NCBI GenBank assembly: GCA_040830765.1 | Contig: JBFOMH010000004.1 | Location: 96,001-160,000, forward strand | Direction: 5' to 3' | DNA length: 64,000 bases | Origin: Puniceicoccaceae bacterium | Lineage (GTDB): Bacteria > Verrucomicrobiota > Verrucomicrobiia > Opitutales > Oceanipulchritudinaceae | Shown here: positions 37,885 through 48,637 of the stretch, one piece after another | Layout of the letters: every line of letters begins with the position of its first letter | How positions within the stretch are numbered: position 1 is the stretch's first letter | Notes under the pieces: generated by a model | The model's input: only the letters and a program-made list of their open reading frames with translations | What the model was told of the DNA's origin: nothing | The model's database searches: none | Made by a program: the position numbers and the translations under genes

Positions 37885-38355
37885 ATGGCCGCCATCCGAC
37901 AAATCCGCTCCGCCGCCCGGGCCGTTATCATTTGTAACGGCTGTCTGCTGGCGACCAAAATGCGGGACCAGCGGGGCGTCTACTACATCCTTCCGGGAGG
38001 CGGACAACAGCCCGGCGAAACGATGGAAGAGGCCGTCCGGCGGGAATGTCTCGAGGAGGTGGGCTTGAAAGTTCGGGTAGTCCGGCTGCTCTACGTGCGT
38101 GAGTATATCGGGAAAAACCACACCTTTTCCAAGCGGCATGCCGCCTTTCACCAGATCGAGCATGTGTTCCTCTGCGAAGTCGACGATCCGACCGGTGCCT
38201 GCCCGGGCAGCGAGACCGACAACCACCAGATCGGGGTAAACTGGCTCTCCCTCGAGGCCTTCGACAATATCCGCTTCTACCCGGAGGCCATCAAGCCCTA
38301 CATCCGGGCAGATGGCGTTGACTTTCCCTCACTCTACCTCGGCGACTGCAACTGA
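37885..38355 (+). CDS. NUDIX hydrolase
   Basis: Nudix box LPGGGQQPGETMEEAVRRECLEEVG. Confidence 0.92.
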   Translation: MAAIRQIRSAARAVIICNGCLLATKMRDQRGVYYILPGGGQQPGETMEEAVRRECLEEVGLKVRVVRLLYVREYIGKNHTFSKRHAAFHQIEHVFLCEVDDPTGACPGSETDNHQIGVNWLSLEAFDNIRFYPEAIKPYIRADGVDFPSLYLGDCN

Positions 38356-39231
38356 GTCATCGCTATCCGATGGCAGCGTTGTTTCGGGCTCCTCGATGGC
38401 CACCAACTCGGCCCAGAAGTTGCCGACAATGACTTCACTTTCCATGCGCAGTGGCAAGCGCCGCTCATCCGCACTGATATAAAAGCGGATATGCCCATCT
38501 GGTGAGCGCTTGAAGACGCCCCCGACATCCTTGATGTCCGGCTCAATGACATAGGCTTCCTGCCGGCCGCCGTACTTGAACCTCCGCTTCACCTTCTTGA
38601 TAACGTGGACATTGGTGTAGAAGAACTCCTTCCCGTTACTCGTCGGGATAATGATCTCATCCCCAACCTCGAAATCCAGGCTGCGCAGGAAAAAGACGAT
38701 TCCCAGCGGATCGAACGTACCGGGAAGGATTTCAACCGGGCCACGCCGGTCATCCGTCAACTTGTTGAAGTAGCTGCCGGTAAGGTTTTCCGTATCAAAG
38801 AGGGCCTGCGAGTCGCGCTTGCGGCCACCCTCGTTCTGGTCTGCCCTGTATTCAAAAGATCGCGACACATCGCGACTGATCCAGCTGGTACTGTGGTTGC
38901 GCACCTTGTAGATGGGATCGGCAAACCCGTTGGTCCGGGTAGCGAGGCTGATCTTCCAGGCCGGTTGCTCTTCGTACATGTCCTCGACGCATTGCAACGT
39001 CGCCCTGGCGACACTGAAGACACCCCAACCAAGACGGAACCGCAATTGCTCCCCCTCGATGAAGGGCGGACTTTTTTCCACCGTCAGGGGGTCAACGCGG
39101 AATTGTTCCAGCTCCGGGGGGAGTTGTTCGAGAATACCTTCCGCGCCCTCCTCTGTCCGCGCGATGACCAGACTTGCCGGAAGAACAATCAGGACAAAAA
39201 AGCAGATAACTTGGGTAATCCGGCTATGCAT
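38329..39231 (-). CDS. Secreted DUF3108-like protein
   Basis: Signal peptide, GEQLRFRLGWG, DPLG...LRS and D.RRLPLR...VG...AEL pattern. Confidence 0.7.
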   Translation of the reverse strand: MHSRITQVICFFVLIVLPASLVIARTEEGAEGILEQLPPELEQFRVDPLTVEKSPPFIEGEQLRFRLGWGVFSVARATLQCVEDMYEEQPAWKISLATRTNGFADPIYKVRNHSTSWISRDVSRSFEYRADQNEGGRKRDSQALFDTENLTGSYFNKLTDDRRGPVEILPGTFDPLGIVFFLRSLDFEVGDEIIIPTSNGKEFFYTNVHVIKKVKRRFKYGGRQEAYVIEPDIKDVGGVFKRSPDGHIRFYISADERRLPLRMESEVIVGNFWAELVAIEEPETTLPSDSDDSVAVAEVE

Positions 39232-39249
39232 CAGAATGTTGGACTCCGT

Positions 39250-41784
39250 TTAGCCTTTTCCGTTCACCGGGACCGGTGCCGGTTGAAGGTTCCAGATTTC
39301 CTCCGCATACTGCCGGATTGTCCGGTCGCTGGAGAACTTACCGACGCGGGCAGTATTCAGGATGGCCATCCGCATCCAATTGTCGCGGTCGCGGAAAGCG
39401 GTATCAATCCGTTCCTGTGCCTTCACGTAATCCGCGAAATCCTCGAGTACGAGATACGGATCCCCACCTTCCAGCAGGCTGTGCTTAAGCGGCGCCAGGA
39501 CACCATCCTCTCCGGGCGTGAAGTAGCTGGAGCCAATCCAGTCAACGATTGCCCGCAGGTTCTCGTCATTGAAATAATGCTCGTAGGGATTGTAGCCCCG
39601 TTCACGCAAAGCTTCCACTTCCTCCACGGTCCGGCCGAAGATGAAGATGTTGTCGGATCCAACCTCTTCCTCAATTTCCACGTTGGCCCCGTCGAGGGTG
39701 CCGACAGTGAGGGCGCCGTTGAGGGCAAACTTCATGTTGCCGGTGCCGCTGGCCTCCTTGCCGGCAGTGGAAATCTGCTCGGAGACATCGGCTGCCGGAA
39801 TCATGCGCTCAGCGAGGGTCACCCGGTAGTTGGGCATGAAGACAACCTTCAGTTTGCCGCCAATGCGCTGATCATTGTTGATCGTCGCCGCGACTGCATT
39901 GATGGCGTGGATAATCGTCTTGGCCATCGTGTAGCCAGGAGCGGCCTTGGCCCCGAAGAAGAAGACCCGGGGAACCATGTCGAATTCCGGCTCGTGCAGC
40001 AAGCGCCTGTAGAGATGCAGGATGTGGAGCAAGTTGAGCTGCTGGCGCTTGTACTCGTGCAAGCGCTTGATTTGTACATCAAAAATAGCATCGGCGGAAA
40101 TCTCGATGCCGCACTCGGTCTTCACCAGCTCGGCGAGGGCTTCCTTGTTGGCCCGTTTGATGGCACGGAACTTGTCCCGGAAGGCTTTCTTTTTTGCGAA
40201 CGGCTCCAATTGGCGTAACTGGTCGAGATCAGCGACCCAGCTGTCCCCGATTGACTCGGTGATCAATTGGCCGAGATCCGGGTTACAGGCCAGCAGCCAG
40301 CGGCGCGGCGTGATGCCGTTGGTCTTGTTCTGGATTTTATTGGGATAGAGGGCGTCAAAATCGGGAAAGAGGTCCTTCTTGAGCAACTCCGTATGCAGGG
40401 CCGCGACCCCATTTACGTATCCACTTCCCACTACACTGAGATAAGCCATGCGGATCATCTTGGGCTTGCCCTCCTCGATGAGGGAAAGGCGGCTCTTCAT
40501 TTCATCGTCGCCGGGCCACTTTGCCTCCACCTCTTCCTCGAGGAAACGGCGGTTGATTTCAAAAATAATCTGCAGGTGGCGCGGAAGGACCTTTTCAAAG
40601 AGAGGGACACTCCATTTTTCCAGCGCTTCCGGTAGCAGGGTGTGGTTGGTGTAATGGCAGACCTTGCGGGTGATTTCCCACGAACGGTCCCAGCCCAGGC
40701 CTTCCTCGTCGACCAGGATCCGCATCAGTTCCGCCACTGTGATCGCCGGGTGGGTATCATTGAGCTGGATGGTCGCCTTTTCCGGGAAGGTTTCCCAGTC
40801 ACTGTTGCGTTTGCGCCAGCGGCGGATGATATCCTGGATCGAGCAGGAGACGAAGAAGTACTGCTGTACGAGGCGCAGTTCCTTGCCGGCCTCAGCCGAG
40901 TCGTTGGGATAGAGCACCTTGGAAATGGTTTCCGCTTCCGCCTTGTCGCGGACCGCGTCGATGTAGCCTCCCTCGTTGAAGACATCGAAGTCAAAGTCCT
41001 GCGAAGCCCGGGCTTCCCACAGGCGGAGGAAATTGACCGTCCCGACGTTGTAGCCGCAAATGGGGATATCGTAAGGGAGCCCATTGACCTCATGGGTATC
41101 CACCCAGGCCGGATAAGGATTGCCGAGGTTGTCGAACTGGGTCTCGACACGGCCATAGAGGCGAACTGTCTTGGTATATTCCGGACGGACAATCTCCCAA
41201 GGGCAGCCAAACTTGCGCCAGGAATCCGGACGTTCGACCTGCTGGTTGTCGACGAATTTCTGACGGAAGATGCCAAACTCGTAGTAAATCCCGTAGCCCA
41301 CCGCGGGATATTCCATTGTTGCCAGGGAATCGAGGAAGCAGGCCGCGAGGCGGCCGAGGCCACCGTTGCCGAGACCCATGTCCTCCTCCTGGTTTTCAAG
41401 GTCCTCGAGGGAGAGCCCCAGCTCGGCAAGGGCATCGCGGGTGACCTCATAAAGGCCGGCATTCCAAATATTGTTTCGCATCATGCGACCCATGAGGTAC
41501 TCCAGACTCAGGTAGTAGACCCTGCGGACATTCTCATGGTTATGGACCGCCATGGTCTTGATGAACCGCTCCAGGATACGGTCATGGACGGCATGGCAGG
41601 TGGAAATCCACCAGTCCCGGTCCGTGGCCGTTTCGGTATCCCGGGCCAGGGTGAACTTCAGGTGATTGAGAATGGAGGACTTGAGGCCCTCGACCGTATC
41701 ATGGGTGTTGAAGTGGAAAGACTTTACCGGACCGTCACTTCCGGCGGCAGGCTTCGACTTACGTTTGCTTTGCTTGGTAGGCAT
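39250..41784 (-). CDS. glgP: Glycogen/starch/alpha-glucan phosphorylase
   Basis: [33 protein letters not shown] and PLP site EASGTGNMK. Confidence 0.97.
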   Translation of the reverse strand: MPTKQSKRKSKPAAGSDGPVKSFHFNTHDTVEGLKSSILNHLKFTLARDTETATDRDWWISTCHAVHDRILERFIKTMAVHNHENVRRVYYLSLEYLMGRMMRNNIWNAGLYEVTRDALAELGLSLEDLENQEEDMGLGNGGLGRLAACFLDSLATMEYPAVGYGIYYEFGIFRQKFVDNQQVERPDSWRKFGCPWEIVRPEYTKTVRLYGRVETQFDNLGNPYPAWVDTHEVNGLPYDIPICGYNVGTVNFLRLWEARASQDFDFDVFNEGGYIDAVRDKAEAETISKVLYPNDSAEAGKELRLVQQYFFVSCSIQDIIRRWRKRNSDWETFPEKATIQLNDTHPAITVAELMRILVDEEGLGWDRSWEITRKVCHYTNHTLLPEALEKWSVPLFEKVLPRHLQIIFEINRRFLEEEVEAKWPGDDEMKSRLSLIEEGKPKMIRMAYLSVVGSGYVNGVAALHTELLKKDLFPDFDALYPNKIQNKTNGITPRRWLLACNPDLGQLITESIGDSWVADLDQLRQLEPFAKKKAFRDKFRAIKRANKEALAELVKTECGIEISADAIFDVQIKRLHEYKRQQLNLLHILHLYRRLLHEPEFDMVPRVFFFGAKAAPGYTMAKTIIHAINAVAATINNDQRIGGKLKVVFMPNYRVTLAERMIPAADVSEQISTAGKEASGTGNMKFALNGALTVGTLDGANVEIEEEVGSDNIFIFGRTVEEVEALRERGYNPYEHYFNDENLRAIVDWIGSSYFTPGEDGVLAPLKHSLLEGGDPYLVLEDFADYVKAQERIDTAFRDRDNWMRMAILNTARVGKFSSDRTIRQYAEEIWNLQPAPVPVNGKG

Positions 41785-41913
41785 TGGTTTTCAAAAAATT
41801 GGAATTTTAGACAGAAGGAAGATAGAGCCGCCCGTTGTCATGGGAAGCGTTAAATGGTCATCAGCCTTTGAAAAAGCAGGTCTTATTCCCATAATCTAGG
41901 ACAATTAAAGGAA

Positions 41914-43503
41914 ATGCGACGCTTTACCCAGTTATTCCGCGAGTTGGACGAATCCAACCGGACCGGAGACAAGGAAGCCGCCCTGCAGGCCTATTTTCGA
42001 GAGGCCCCGCCGGCGGATGCGGTCTGGGTGCTGTGGTTTTTCTGGGGAAACCGGCTTAGCTTGGGAATTCCCACCAAGCGTCTCCGGCAATGGGCAGCCG
42101 ACCTTTCCGGCTGCCCCGACTGGCTTGTCGAAGCCTGCTATGAGCGGGTCGGCGATCTGGCCGAAACAGCTTCCCTGCTCCTGCCACTGGCCGGAGGTGA
42201 CGGAACAGACCTTCCCCTGCATGAGGTGATCGAGGACAAACTGCTACCCCTGAAACATTGGGATGACCGCTTCCAATTCCAGTTGCTGCGGGAATTCTGG
42301 CTCTCCCTGACGCGAGATGAGGCCCTCGTCCTCAACAAGATGCTGACAGGTGCCTTTCGCATTGGTGTTTCCCGCCTCCTGGTGGTCCGGGCGCTGGCAG
42401 AGGTTTTGGAGCTGGATCGGCCTACCCTGACCCACCGCCTCATGGGCGACTGGGAGCCCACGGCGGCATTCTTTGAATCCTTGACCGATGAGGAAGCCAA
42501 TAGGGAAGCCGCCTCCACACGGCCCTATCCCTTTTATCTGGCCTCTCCCCTGGGGGAACCGCCAGAGAGCCTCGGAAAGCCTGAAAACTGGATAGCGGAA
42601 TGGAAGTGGGATGGCATCCGGGCGCAAATCATTCGTCGTGACGGAGCCTGCCATATCTGGTCCCGGGGAGAGGAACGGCTCTCGGCCGCTTTTCCGGAAA
42701 TTGTTGAAGCGGCGGGCGACCTTCCGGATGGCTGTGTCCTGGATGGGGAATTGCTCTGTTGGGAGGAAGGTCGGCCGCTTGGATTCCACCGCTTGCAAAC
42801 CCGGATCAACCGCAAGAAACTCGACCCATCTGTCCTGAAGGAAGCTCCGGTGATTTTCATGGGCTATGATTGCCTGGAGGCCGACGGTCAGGACCTACGC
42901 AACAGACCGCTGGAAAGCCGACGGAAGAGGCTGGAGGAGGTTTTATCTGGAGCCGGCAATGACATCCTGTGCATTTCGGAGCTCGTTTCGTTTAAATCCT
43001 GGGACGAGCTCGCCCGCCTGTGGAACGAATCCCGCCAGCGTGGCGTGGAGGGCTTGATGCTGAAGCAGCATCAAAGCGTCTACAAGACCGGTCGGGTCAA
43101 GGGGGATTGGTGGAAATGGAAAGTGGATCCCTACACCGCCGACCTTGTCATGATTTATGCCCAGGCCGGCCATGGGCGGCGGGCGACCCTCTACACCGAT
43201 TACACACTGGCCGCCCGGGATGGCGAAAAACTGGTTCCGGTGGCAAAGGCCTATTCCGGACTGACCGACGAGGAGTTGCGGGAAATCGACCGATGGATCA
43301 AGCGCAACACGCTGGCCCGGAGGGGCCCGGTCCGCACAGTCCCGGCAAAGCAGGTCTTTGAGATTGGCTTTGAAGGATTACGCCCCTCGAGCCGCCACAA
43401 GTCGGGTCTGGCCATGCGCTTCCCCCGCATTCTCCGCTGGCGCAAGGACAAACCAGTGGAGGAAATCGACACGGTGGAGGGCCTGCGCGCCTTGCTGACC
43501 TGA
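41914..43503 (+). CDS. ATP-dependent DNA ligase
   Basis: EWKWDGIR (KxDG), LDGEL, EGLMLK, WWKWK and RFPRI. Confidence 0.93.
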   Translation: MRRFTQLFRELDESNRTGDKEAALQAYFREAPPADAVWVLWFFWGNRLSLGIPTKRLRQWAADLSGCPDWLVEACYERVGDLAETASLLLPLAGGDGTDLPLHEVIEDKLLPLKHWDDRFQFQLLREFWLSLTRDEALVLNKMLTGAFRIGVSRLLVVRALAEVLELDRPTLTHRLMGDWEPTAAFFESLTDEEANREAASTRPYPFYLASPLGEPPESLGKPENWIAEWKWDGIRAQIIRRDGACHIWSRGEERLSAAFPEIVEAAGDLPDGCVLDGELLCWEEGRPLGFHRLQTRINRKKLDPSVLKEAPVIFMGYDCLEADGQDLRNRPLESRRKRLEEVLSGAGNDILCISELVSFKSWDELARLWNESRQRGVEGLMLKQHQSVYKTGRVKGDWWKWKVDPYTADLVMIYAQAGHGRRATLYTDYTLAARDGEKLVPVAKAYSGLTDEELREIDRWIKRNTLARRGPVRTVPAKQVFEIGFEGLRPSSRHKSGLAMRFPRILRWRKDKPVEEIDTVEGLRALLT

Positions 43504-43549
43504 GATGGGCCGTTGACTTGTCCGGCAAGCCTCCCCATCTCAATTAGGT

Positions 43550-44305
43550 ATGGAATGGAGCAACTTGTTGGACACGGCTGAGTCGGTAGCCCGGGAAGCC
43601 GGACAGATACTCAAGGAAGGTGCCTCCGGCCTGCGTACGGTTGAATTCCAGGACAGTCGCGATGTAAAGCTGCGGGCGGATGTCGAGTCTGAAGAGCTTA
43701 TCCGGGAGCGCCTCGGGGCTGCCTTCCCCTACCCCGTCTATGGTGAGGAAAAGGGAGGAGACGCCAGCCTACGGGAGCGCGACGAACCCTACTGGGTAGT
43801 GGATCCGCTGGACGGGACCTACAACTATCTTCGCGGAAGCCGGCTTTGTGCAGTCAGCATTGGTCTCATGCGTGGCGAAACGCCGCTCCTAGGCGTAATT
43901 TATGACTTTAATGGCGACACCTGTTACGGCGGATATGTCGGGGAATCCTTTTGCGTGAATGATGTGCCGGCTACGCCCGATTGGGTGGATGAAATTGGAC
44001 AGGCCGCTCTGGCGACCGGGTTTCCGGCAGGAATGGACCGCTCAGCGGACCGGATGCAGGCCTTTATTGAGCGGATCGCCCCCTTCAAGAAAGTCCGCAT
44101 GGTCGGCTCCGCCGCCCTCGCGCTGGCCTATGTCGCCGGTGGTATTTACGACGTCTACTACGAGGAGTCCATACGACTTTGGGATGTCGCAGCCGGGCTG
44201 GCCCTGGTGAAGGCCGCAGGGGGTGACATTTCCATGACCCCCTCCCTTTCCGGAAAGCCGATGGCCTATGATGTCTGGGCCGGCAAGGGCGTGTTTTTTG
44301 GATGA
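43550..44305 (+). CDS. Inositol monophosphatase family protein (SuhB-like)
   Basis: GEE, WVVDPLDGT.NY, GSAAL and WDVAAG. Confidence 0.9.
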   Translation: MEWSNLLDTAESVAREAGQILKEGASGLRTVEFQDSRDVKLRADVESEELIRERLGAAFPYPVYGEEKGGDASLRERDEPYWVVDPLDGTYNYLRGSRLCAVSIGLMRGETPLLGVIYDFNGDTCYGGYVGESFCVNDVPATPDWVDEIGQAALATGFPAGMDRSADRMQAFIERIAPFKKVRMVGSAALALAYVAGGIYDVYYEESIRLWDVAAGLALVKAAGGDISMTPSLSGKPMAYDVWAGKGVFFG

Positions 44306-44311
44306 CCCTCA

Positions 44312-44367
44312 TGGAGTGCTGCGACATGTCGCAGCTTTCAAAAGCGCCGACATGTCGGCGCACTCCA
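44312..44367. repeat. REP-like inverted doublet of 27-bp palindromic units
   Basis: TGGAGTGCTGCGACATGTCGCAGCTTT-CA-AAAGCGCCGACATGTCGGCGCACTCCA; each unit contains a perfect 18-bp palindrome. Confidence 0.8.
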
Positions 44368-44420
44368 AAGTACGCCGCAATTTGACCTCGCGGGTTATGC
44401 ATGAAACCTTTCTTCTCTGA

Positions 44421-46430
44421 ATGCCGAACCAATTGATCAACGAAAAGAGCCTCTACCTGCGCCAACACGCGGAAAATCCAGTCGACTGGTACCCGTGGGG
44501 AGAGGAGGCCTTCAAGAAGGCCCGGGAAGAGGACAAACCGGTCCTGGTTTCCATTGGCTATTCGTCGTGCCACTGGTGCCACGTGATGGCCCATGAGTCC
44601 TTTGAGGATGATTACATCGGCAAGCTGATGAATACCCACTTTGTCTGCATTAAGGTGGATCGGGAAGAGCGCCCGGATGTGGACCAGATTTACATGGACG
44701 CGGTCCAGATGCTCAATGGCCATGGCGGTTGGCCGCTGAACGTCTTTTGCCTGCCGGACGGAAGGCCCTTTGCCGGTGGAACCTACTTTCCCCCGGATGA
44801 AAGCCGCGGGCAGAACATCGTCCCCTGGCCCCAGTTGCTCATCCGGGTGGCCGATTTCTATATGCGCCAGCGCGGCGACCTGGAGGAAAACGCCCGGGCC
44901 ATCCTTGGAAATCTGGAGGCCTCCAACGTACCCCACCAGGCCACGGGTGATGCGGTCGGCAAGGGGGATTTCCTCCTCGCGATGGATCGCCTGCTGGAGA
45001 ATCATGACCCGGAGTTCGGTGGCTTTGGCAAGGCTCCCAAGTTCCCGCCCTCGATGACCCTGGATTTTCTCCTCGCGATGCGCGCCAGTGCCACCGCGGA
45101 AAGCCAGTTTCCCGACCAGGCGGCAGCTGTCGACAGTGCGATCAACCGGACCCTCACCGGCATGGCCCATGGGGGTATCTTTGATCAGGTCGGGGGTGGC
45201 TTCGCCCGCTACAGTGTCGACCAGCACTGGCTCATTCCCCACTTCGAGAAGATGCTCTACGACAACGCCCTCTTGCTGGACATTTACAGCAAGGCCTACC
45301 AGCGCTATCCCAAGCCCCTCTACCGCAAGGTGGTGGAGGAAACTGTTGGTTGGCTCGAGCGCGAGATGCGGGCGCCAGGGGGTGGCTTTCACGCCGCGCT
45401 TGATGCCGACACGGACGGTGAGGAAGGCCTGACCTACACCTGGACTCTTGCGGAAGTGACCAATCTTCTCGGGGAGGAAGAGGGAAACCGGTTCTGCGAA
45501 GTCTATGGCATCACCGCGGAGGGTAATTTTGAAAATACCGGTCGCAGCAACCCCGCCCTCTTGAGCGGCGAGCCGGAAGTCCGGGATTCCTTTGAAGCGG
45601 CACGCGTCACACTGCTGGAGGCGCGCAACCTGCGTCCGCAACCCGGAAAAGACGAGAAGTGCCTCACCGCATGGAATGCCCTCCTGGTCCGCGGCCTGGC
45701 CCGGGCCGGATTCACCTTTGGTGAAAAGCCCTGGCTGGAGGCGGCACGCGCCACCGCAGAATGGCTCTGGCAAACCATGCGCCACGGGGAAAACCGTCTT
45801 CATACCGTTGCCTATGGTAATGAAGCCTCCGGCAACGGGACCCTCAATGACTATACCTACACCGCAGAGGCGTTCCTCGCCCTGAGTGCTGTCATCGACT
45901 GGTTACAACCGGGTGAAGCGGTTATCTGGCGTCAGCGGGCACTTGCCTTGTCCGAGGTTGTCCGCCAGCACTTCTCCGATCCGGAGACCGTGGGCTGCTT
46001 CTTCACCAGCGACGACCACGAGCAGCTCGTCCATCGCAACAAGGAGTGGTATGACAATGCGACGCCGTCCGGGAACTCCAGCCTCCTGCAGGCAGAGACA
46101 TTCCTTGAGGTTTTGACCGGTGAAAGCCGCCATGCCGAAGCGGTCCAGGCCCTGTCCACGGCCTATCCCGGCATTACGGCAACCTCGCCCGCCGCTGCCA
46201 GTCATGCCCTGAGCGGCTTGGTCTACCGCGCCATTGGCATTGCCACTATCAAGGTCCGGAAAGGAACGGATCTGGAACCATTGCGGAAGGCGCTCGTCGA
46301 GCGGCCATGGCGTCCGATCTTCTTCGAGGTTGATGCCACGGGTGAACTGGCATCCACCTACCAATTGTGTGTCGGCACGCAATGTCTCGCGCCGACAGAC
46401 TCCCTCGAGTCAGTCGTGGAGAACCTCTGA
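44421..46430 (+). CDS. Thioredoxin-domain protein of the YyaL/DUF255 (SPATA20-like) family
   Basis: [50 protein letters not shown] and D.ATPSGNS. Confidence 0.92.
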   Translation: MPNQLINEKSLYLRQHAENPVDWYPWGEEAFKKAREEDKPVLVSIGYSSCHWCHVMAHESFEDDYIGKLMNTHFVCIKVDREERPDVDQIYMDAVQMLNGHGGWPLNVFCLPDGRPFAGGTYFPPDESRGQNIVPWPQLLIRVADFYMRQRGDLEENARAILGNLEASNVPHQATGDAVGKGDFLLAMDRLLENHDPEFGGFGKAPKFPPSMTLDFLLAMRASATAESQFPDQAAAVDSAINRTLTGMAHGGIFDQVGGGFARYSVDQHWLIPHFEKMLYDNALLLDIYSKAYQRYPKPLYRKVVEETVGWLEREMRAPGGGFHAALDADTDGEEGLTYTWTLAEVTNLLGEEEGNRFCEVYGITAEGNFENTGRSNPALLSGEPEVRDSFEAARVTLLEARNLRPQPGKDEKCLTAWNALLVRGLARAGFTFGEKPWLEAARATAEWLWQTMRHGENRLHTVAYGNEASGNGTLNDYTYTAEAFLALSAVIDWLQPGEAVIWRQRALALSEVVRQHFSDPETVGCFFTSDDHEQLVHRNKEWYDNATPSGNSSLLQAETFLEVLTGESRHAEAVQALSTAYPGITATSPAAASHALSGLVYRAIGIATIKVRKGTDLEPLRKALVERPWRPIFFEVDATGELASTYQLCVGTQCLAPTDSLESVVENL

Positions 46431-46448
46431 GACGCCCGTTCGGATAAT

Positions 46449-47117
46449 CTATTTCAGTCCCATCGGCGTACCCAGGACTTCCCTGAGCAGGATGGCCTTG
46501 CGGGTACTGGACGGATTCTGCAAATCAGCCAGGAGGTCGTTCCGCAGGTTGCCCGATGCAATTACTGAACGGCGGGTGCCGGCCTTTTGCTCCCTGGCGC
46601 CAACATCAGCGAGCATTTGCCTCGCCTTGGCCTTGGCTTCCTGTTGCTCCCGGCGGGCCCGTTCGAGGATAGCCCGCTGCTCCTGCAACCGTTGCTCAAG
46701 GCTGGAGGTGCGGGGCATGACCGGCTCGGGTGCCCTTCGGGAAACGGGCTGCGGCTGTACCACTGGACGGGCTGGCGCAGGCGTCGGCTCGGGCGCACGC
46801 CGCTGCTGGGTTTCCGGCAAAGTCGGGTCGTAGCGTGCCCGTCTCTGCTGGGGAACCGGTTGCTGCGGCTGGGGCGATTGCCCTTCCCGGGCCCGTTTGC
46901 GCTCCTCTATCTTGCGCCGGATTTCCTCCCGAATCTGGCGCGCCCGCTCTTCCATGTCGACGTCTTCCTGATAGCTATCTTCCTCGGGTTCGCCCTTTTT
47001 CTTTTTCTTGGAGCCCAGCAATTGGGCAATTCCGTAGAGGACGAAGAAGACAACTGGCAGGAGCGTCTCCCAGTCAAAGGAGGCGGCCAGGCTATAATCC
47101 AGGAGACCGTTGCTCAT
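46449..47117 (-). CDS. YqfB-like single-TM coiled-coil protein of the floA operon
   Basis: N-terminal TM, charged and Pro/Gln-rich body, C-terminal AILLREVLGTP; directly downstream of floA. Confidence 0.7.
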   Translation of the reverse strand: MSNGLLDYSLAASFDWETLLPVVFFVLYGIAQLLGSKKKKKGEPEEDSYQEDVDMEERARQIREEIRRKIEERKRAREGQSPQPQQPVPQQRRARYDPTLPETQQRRAPEPTPAPARPVVQPQPVSRRAPEPVMPRTSSLEQRLQEQRAILERARREQQEAKAKARQMLADVGAREQKAGTRRSVIASGNLRNDLLADLQNPSSTRKAILLREVLGTPMGLK

Positions 47118-47150
47118 AATCAGTTAGCGCTCGGATCCAGATTTGCCCTC

Positions 47151-48179
47151 TCAGGCATCCTTGGCGTCATCGGGCTTGGCGATGGACTTGCGCATGTCGG
47201 TATCGGACTCGATATTCTTGAGGCGCATGTAATCCATGACCCCGAGGTTACCGCTGCGGAAGGCCTCGGCCATGGCCAGGGGTACCTGGGCCTGGGCTTC
47301 AACAACCTTGGCCTGCATCTCCTGCACCTTGGCCTGCATTTCCTGCTCAAGGGCAACAGCGGCCGCGCGGCGGATTTCCGCCTTGGCCTGGGCCATGTTC
47401 TTGTTGGCCTCGGCCTGGGCAACCTGCAGCTGGGCCCCGACGTTTTCGCCGACATCGACGTCAGCAATATCAATGGAAAGAATTTCAAAGGCGGTTCCGG
47501 TATCGAGTCCGCGGTTGAGCACATTGCGGGAGATGGAATCCGGATTCTCGAGAACCCATTTGTAGCTCTCGGCCGAACCAATGGTGGTAACAATACCTTC
47601 ACCAACACGGGCAATGATTGTTTCCTCCTGGGCGCTGCCGACATAATGCTCGAGGTTGGAGCGCACCGTCACCCGGGCCCTGGCCTTCACCTGGATACCG
47701 TCCTTGGCCACACCGTCGATGGTGGCTTTCCCGGAATTCGGGTTCGGACAATCAATAACCATCGGGTTAATTGACGTACGGACCGCCTGGATGATGGACT
47801 TTTCCGTCCCCTTGGTGGCGAGGTCAATGGCACAGGCCTGGTCCCAGTCCAGCGGGATGCCCGCCTTCTGGGCATTGATGAGGCCGGAGACCGTCTGGAT
47901 GATGTCACCGCCCGCCATGTAATGGGTCTCAAACTCATTGACGGTAATCGGCAAACCGGCCTTCACCGCCATGATGCGGGCGTCAACAATGACGGAATAG
48001 GGCAGCTTCCGGAGATAGCGCATGGCAACGAGGTTCCACATGCTGACCGGAGCGCCTGATGAAAAGGCCTTCAGCCAGACGCTGAGGAAGGATCCCACAA
48101 TAAAGAGCAGGATGAGTAGAAACAGCAGGGCAATGATGGACGCGATTTGTCCAATCGTGAGTGCGAGGATTATATTCAT
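47151..48179 (-). CDS. floA: Flotillin-like protein FloA (YqfA)
   Basis: [42 protein letters not shown] and [15 protein letters not shown]. Confidence 0.93.
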   Translation of the reverse strand: MNIILALTIGQIASIIALLFLLILLFIVGSFLSVWLKAFSSGAPVSMWNLVAMRYLRKLPYSVIVDARIMAVKAGLPITVNEFETHYMAGGDIIQTVSGLINAQKAGIPLDWDQACAIDLATKGTEKSIIQAVRTSINPMVIDCPNPNSGKATIDGVAKDGIQVKARARVTVRSNLEHYVGSAQEETIIARVGEGIVTTIGSAESYKWVLENPDSISRNVLNRGLDTGTAFEILSIDIADVDVGENVGAQLQVAQAEANKNMAQAKAEIRRAAAVALEQEMQAKVQEMQAKVVEAQAQVPLAMAEAFRSGNLGVMDYMRLKNIESDTDMRKSIAKPDDAKDA

Positions 48180-48637
48180 TTTTTAGCTACGATTAATTTG
48201 AAAGTTTCGGAACGAAGCACCCGGACAGGCACCCCCTTGTCGAGGTAGCCGTCTTCCGCTGATGCGGTATAGACCTTGCCACCGAGCTCCACCCTGCCCG
48301 TCGGGGCCAGAATTGTCAAGGTGACCCCTTCGGTTCCGACAAGGCTCTCATCCTCCTTTGGATTAAGCTTTGCCGCGATGGTGGATTTCAGGGCCAGTTG
48401 CTGCCCAAAGCGGGTGTTGGCGATGAGGCGGATTTCCAGGAAAAACATCACCAGCGCCATGACCAGTCCACCAAAGAACAAGGCCGCGGCCCAGACCAGG
48501 CCCCACTCGGTGTAGGCCACTCCAGCGGCCGCCAGCAGGAAGACTCCACCGAGGACCGCGAGGACGCCCCCGGGGACGAAAATCTCGAAGAAAAACAGAA
48601 CGAAGGCAGTAATTACCAGACCGATGACCAGACTCAT
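48176..48637 (-). CDS. Short NfeD-family protein (TM bundle plus OB fold)
   Basis: EIFVPGG TM region and LVG.EG.T.T.LAP.G OB-fold pattern. Confidence 0.85.
   Translation of the reverse strand: MSLVIGLVITAFVLFFFEIFVPGGVLAVLGGVFLLAAAGVAYTEWGLVWAAALFFGGLVMALVMFFLEIRLIANTRFGQQLALKSTIAAKLNPKEDESLVGTEGVTLTILAPTGRVELGGKVYTASAEDGYLDKGVPVRVLRSETFKLIVAKK

Noticed and set aside
38605..40218. 537-aa plus-strand ORF, and a 403-aa ORF at 40642-41853
   Set aside because: Antisense shadows of glgP and the DUF3108-like gene, caused by GC-rich codon bias; no recognisable motifs.
43550..44305. IMPase-family gene as a CysQ PAP phosphatase serving the sulfotransferase
   Set aside because: Motifs look SuhB-like and the gene is about 16 kb from the sulfation genes; no support for the link.
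44085..45803. 572-aa minus-strand ORF
   Set aside because: Lies antisense to the well-supported YyaL/DUF255 and IMPase genes; no motifs.
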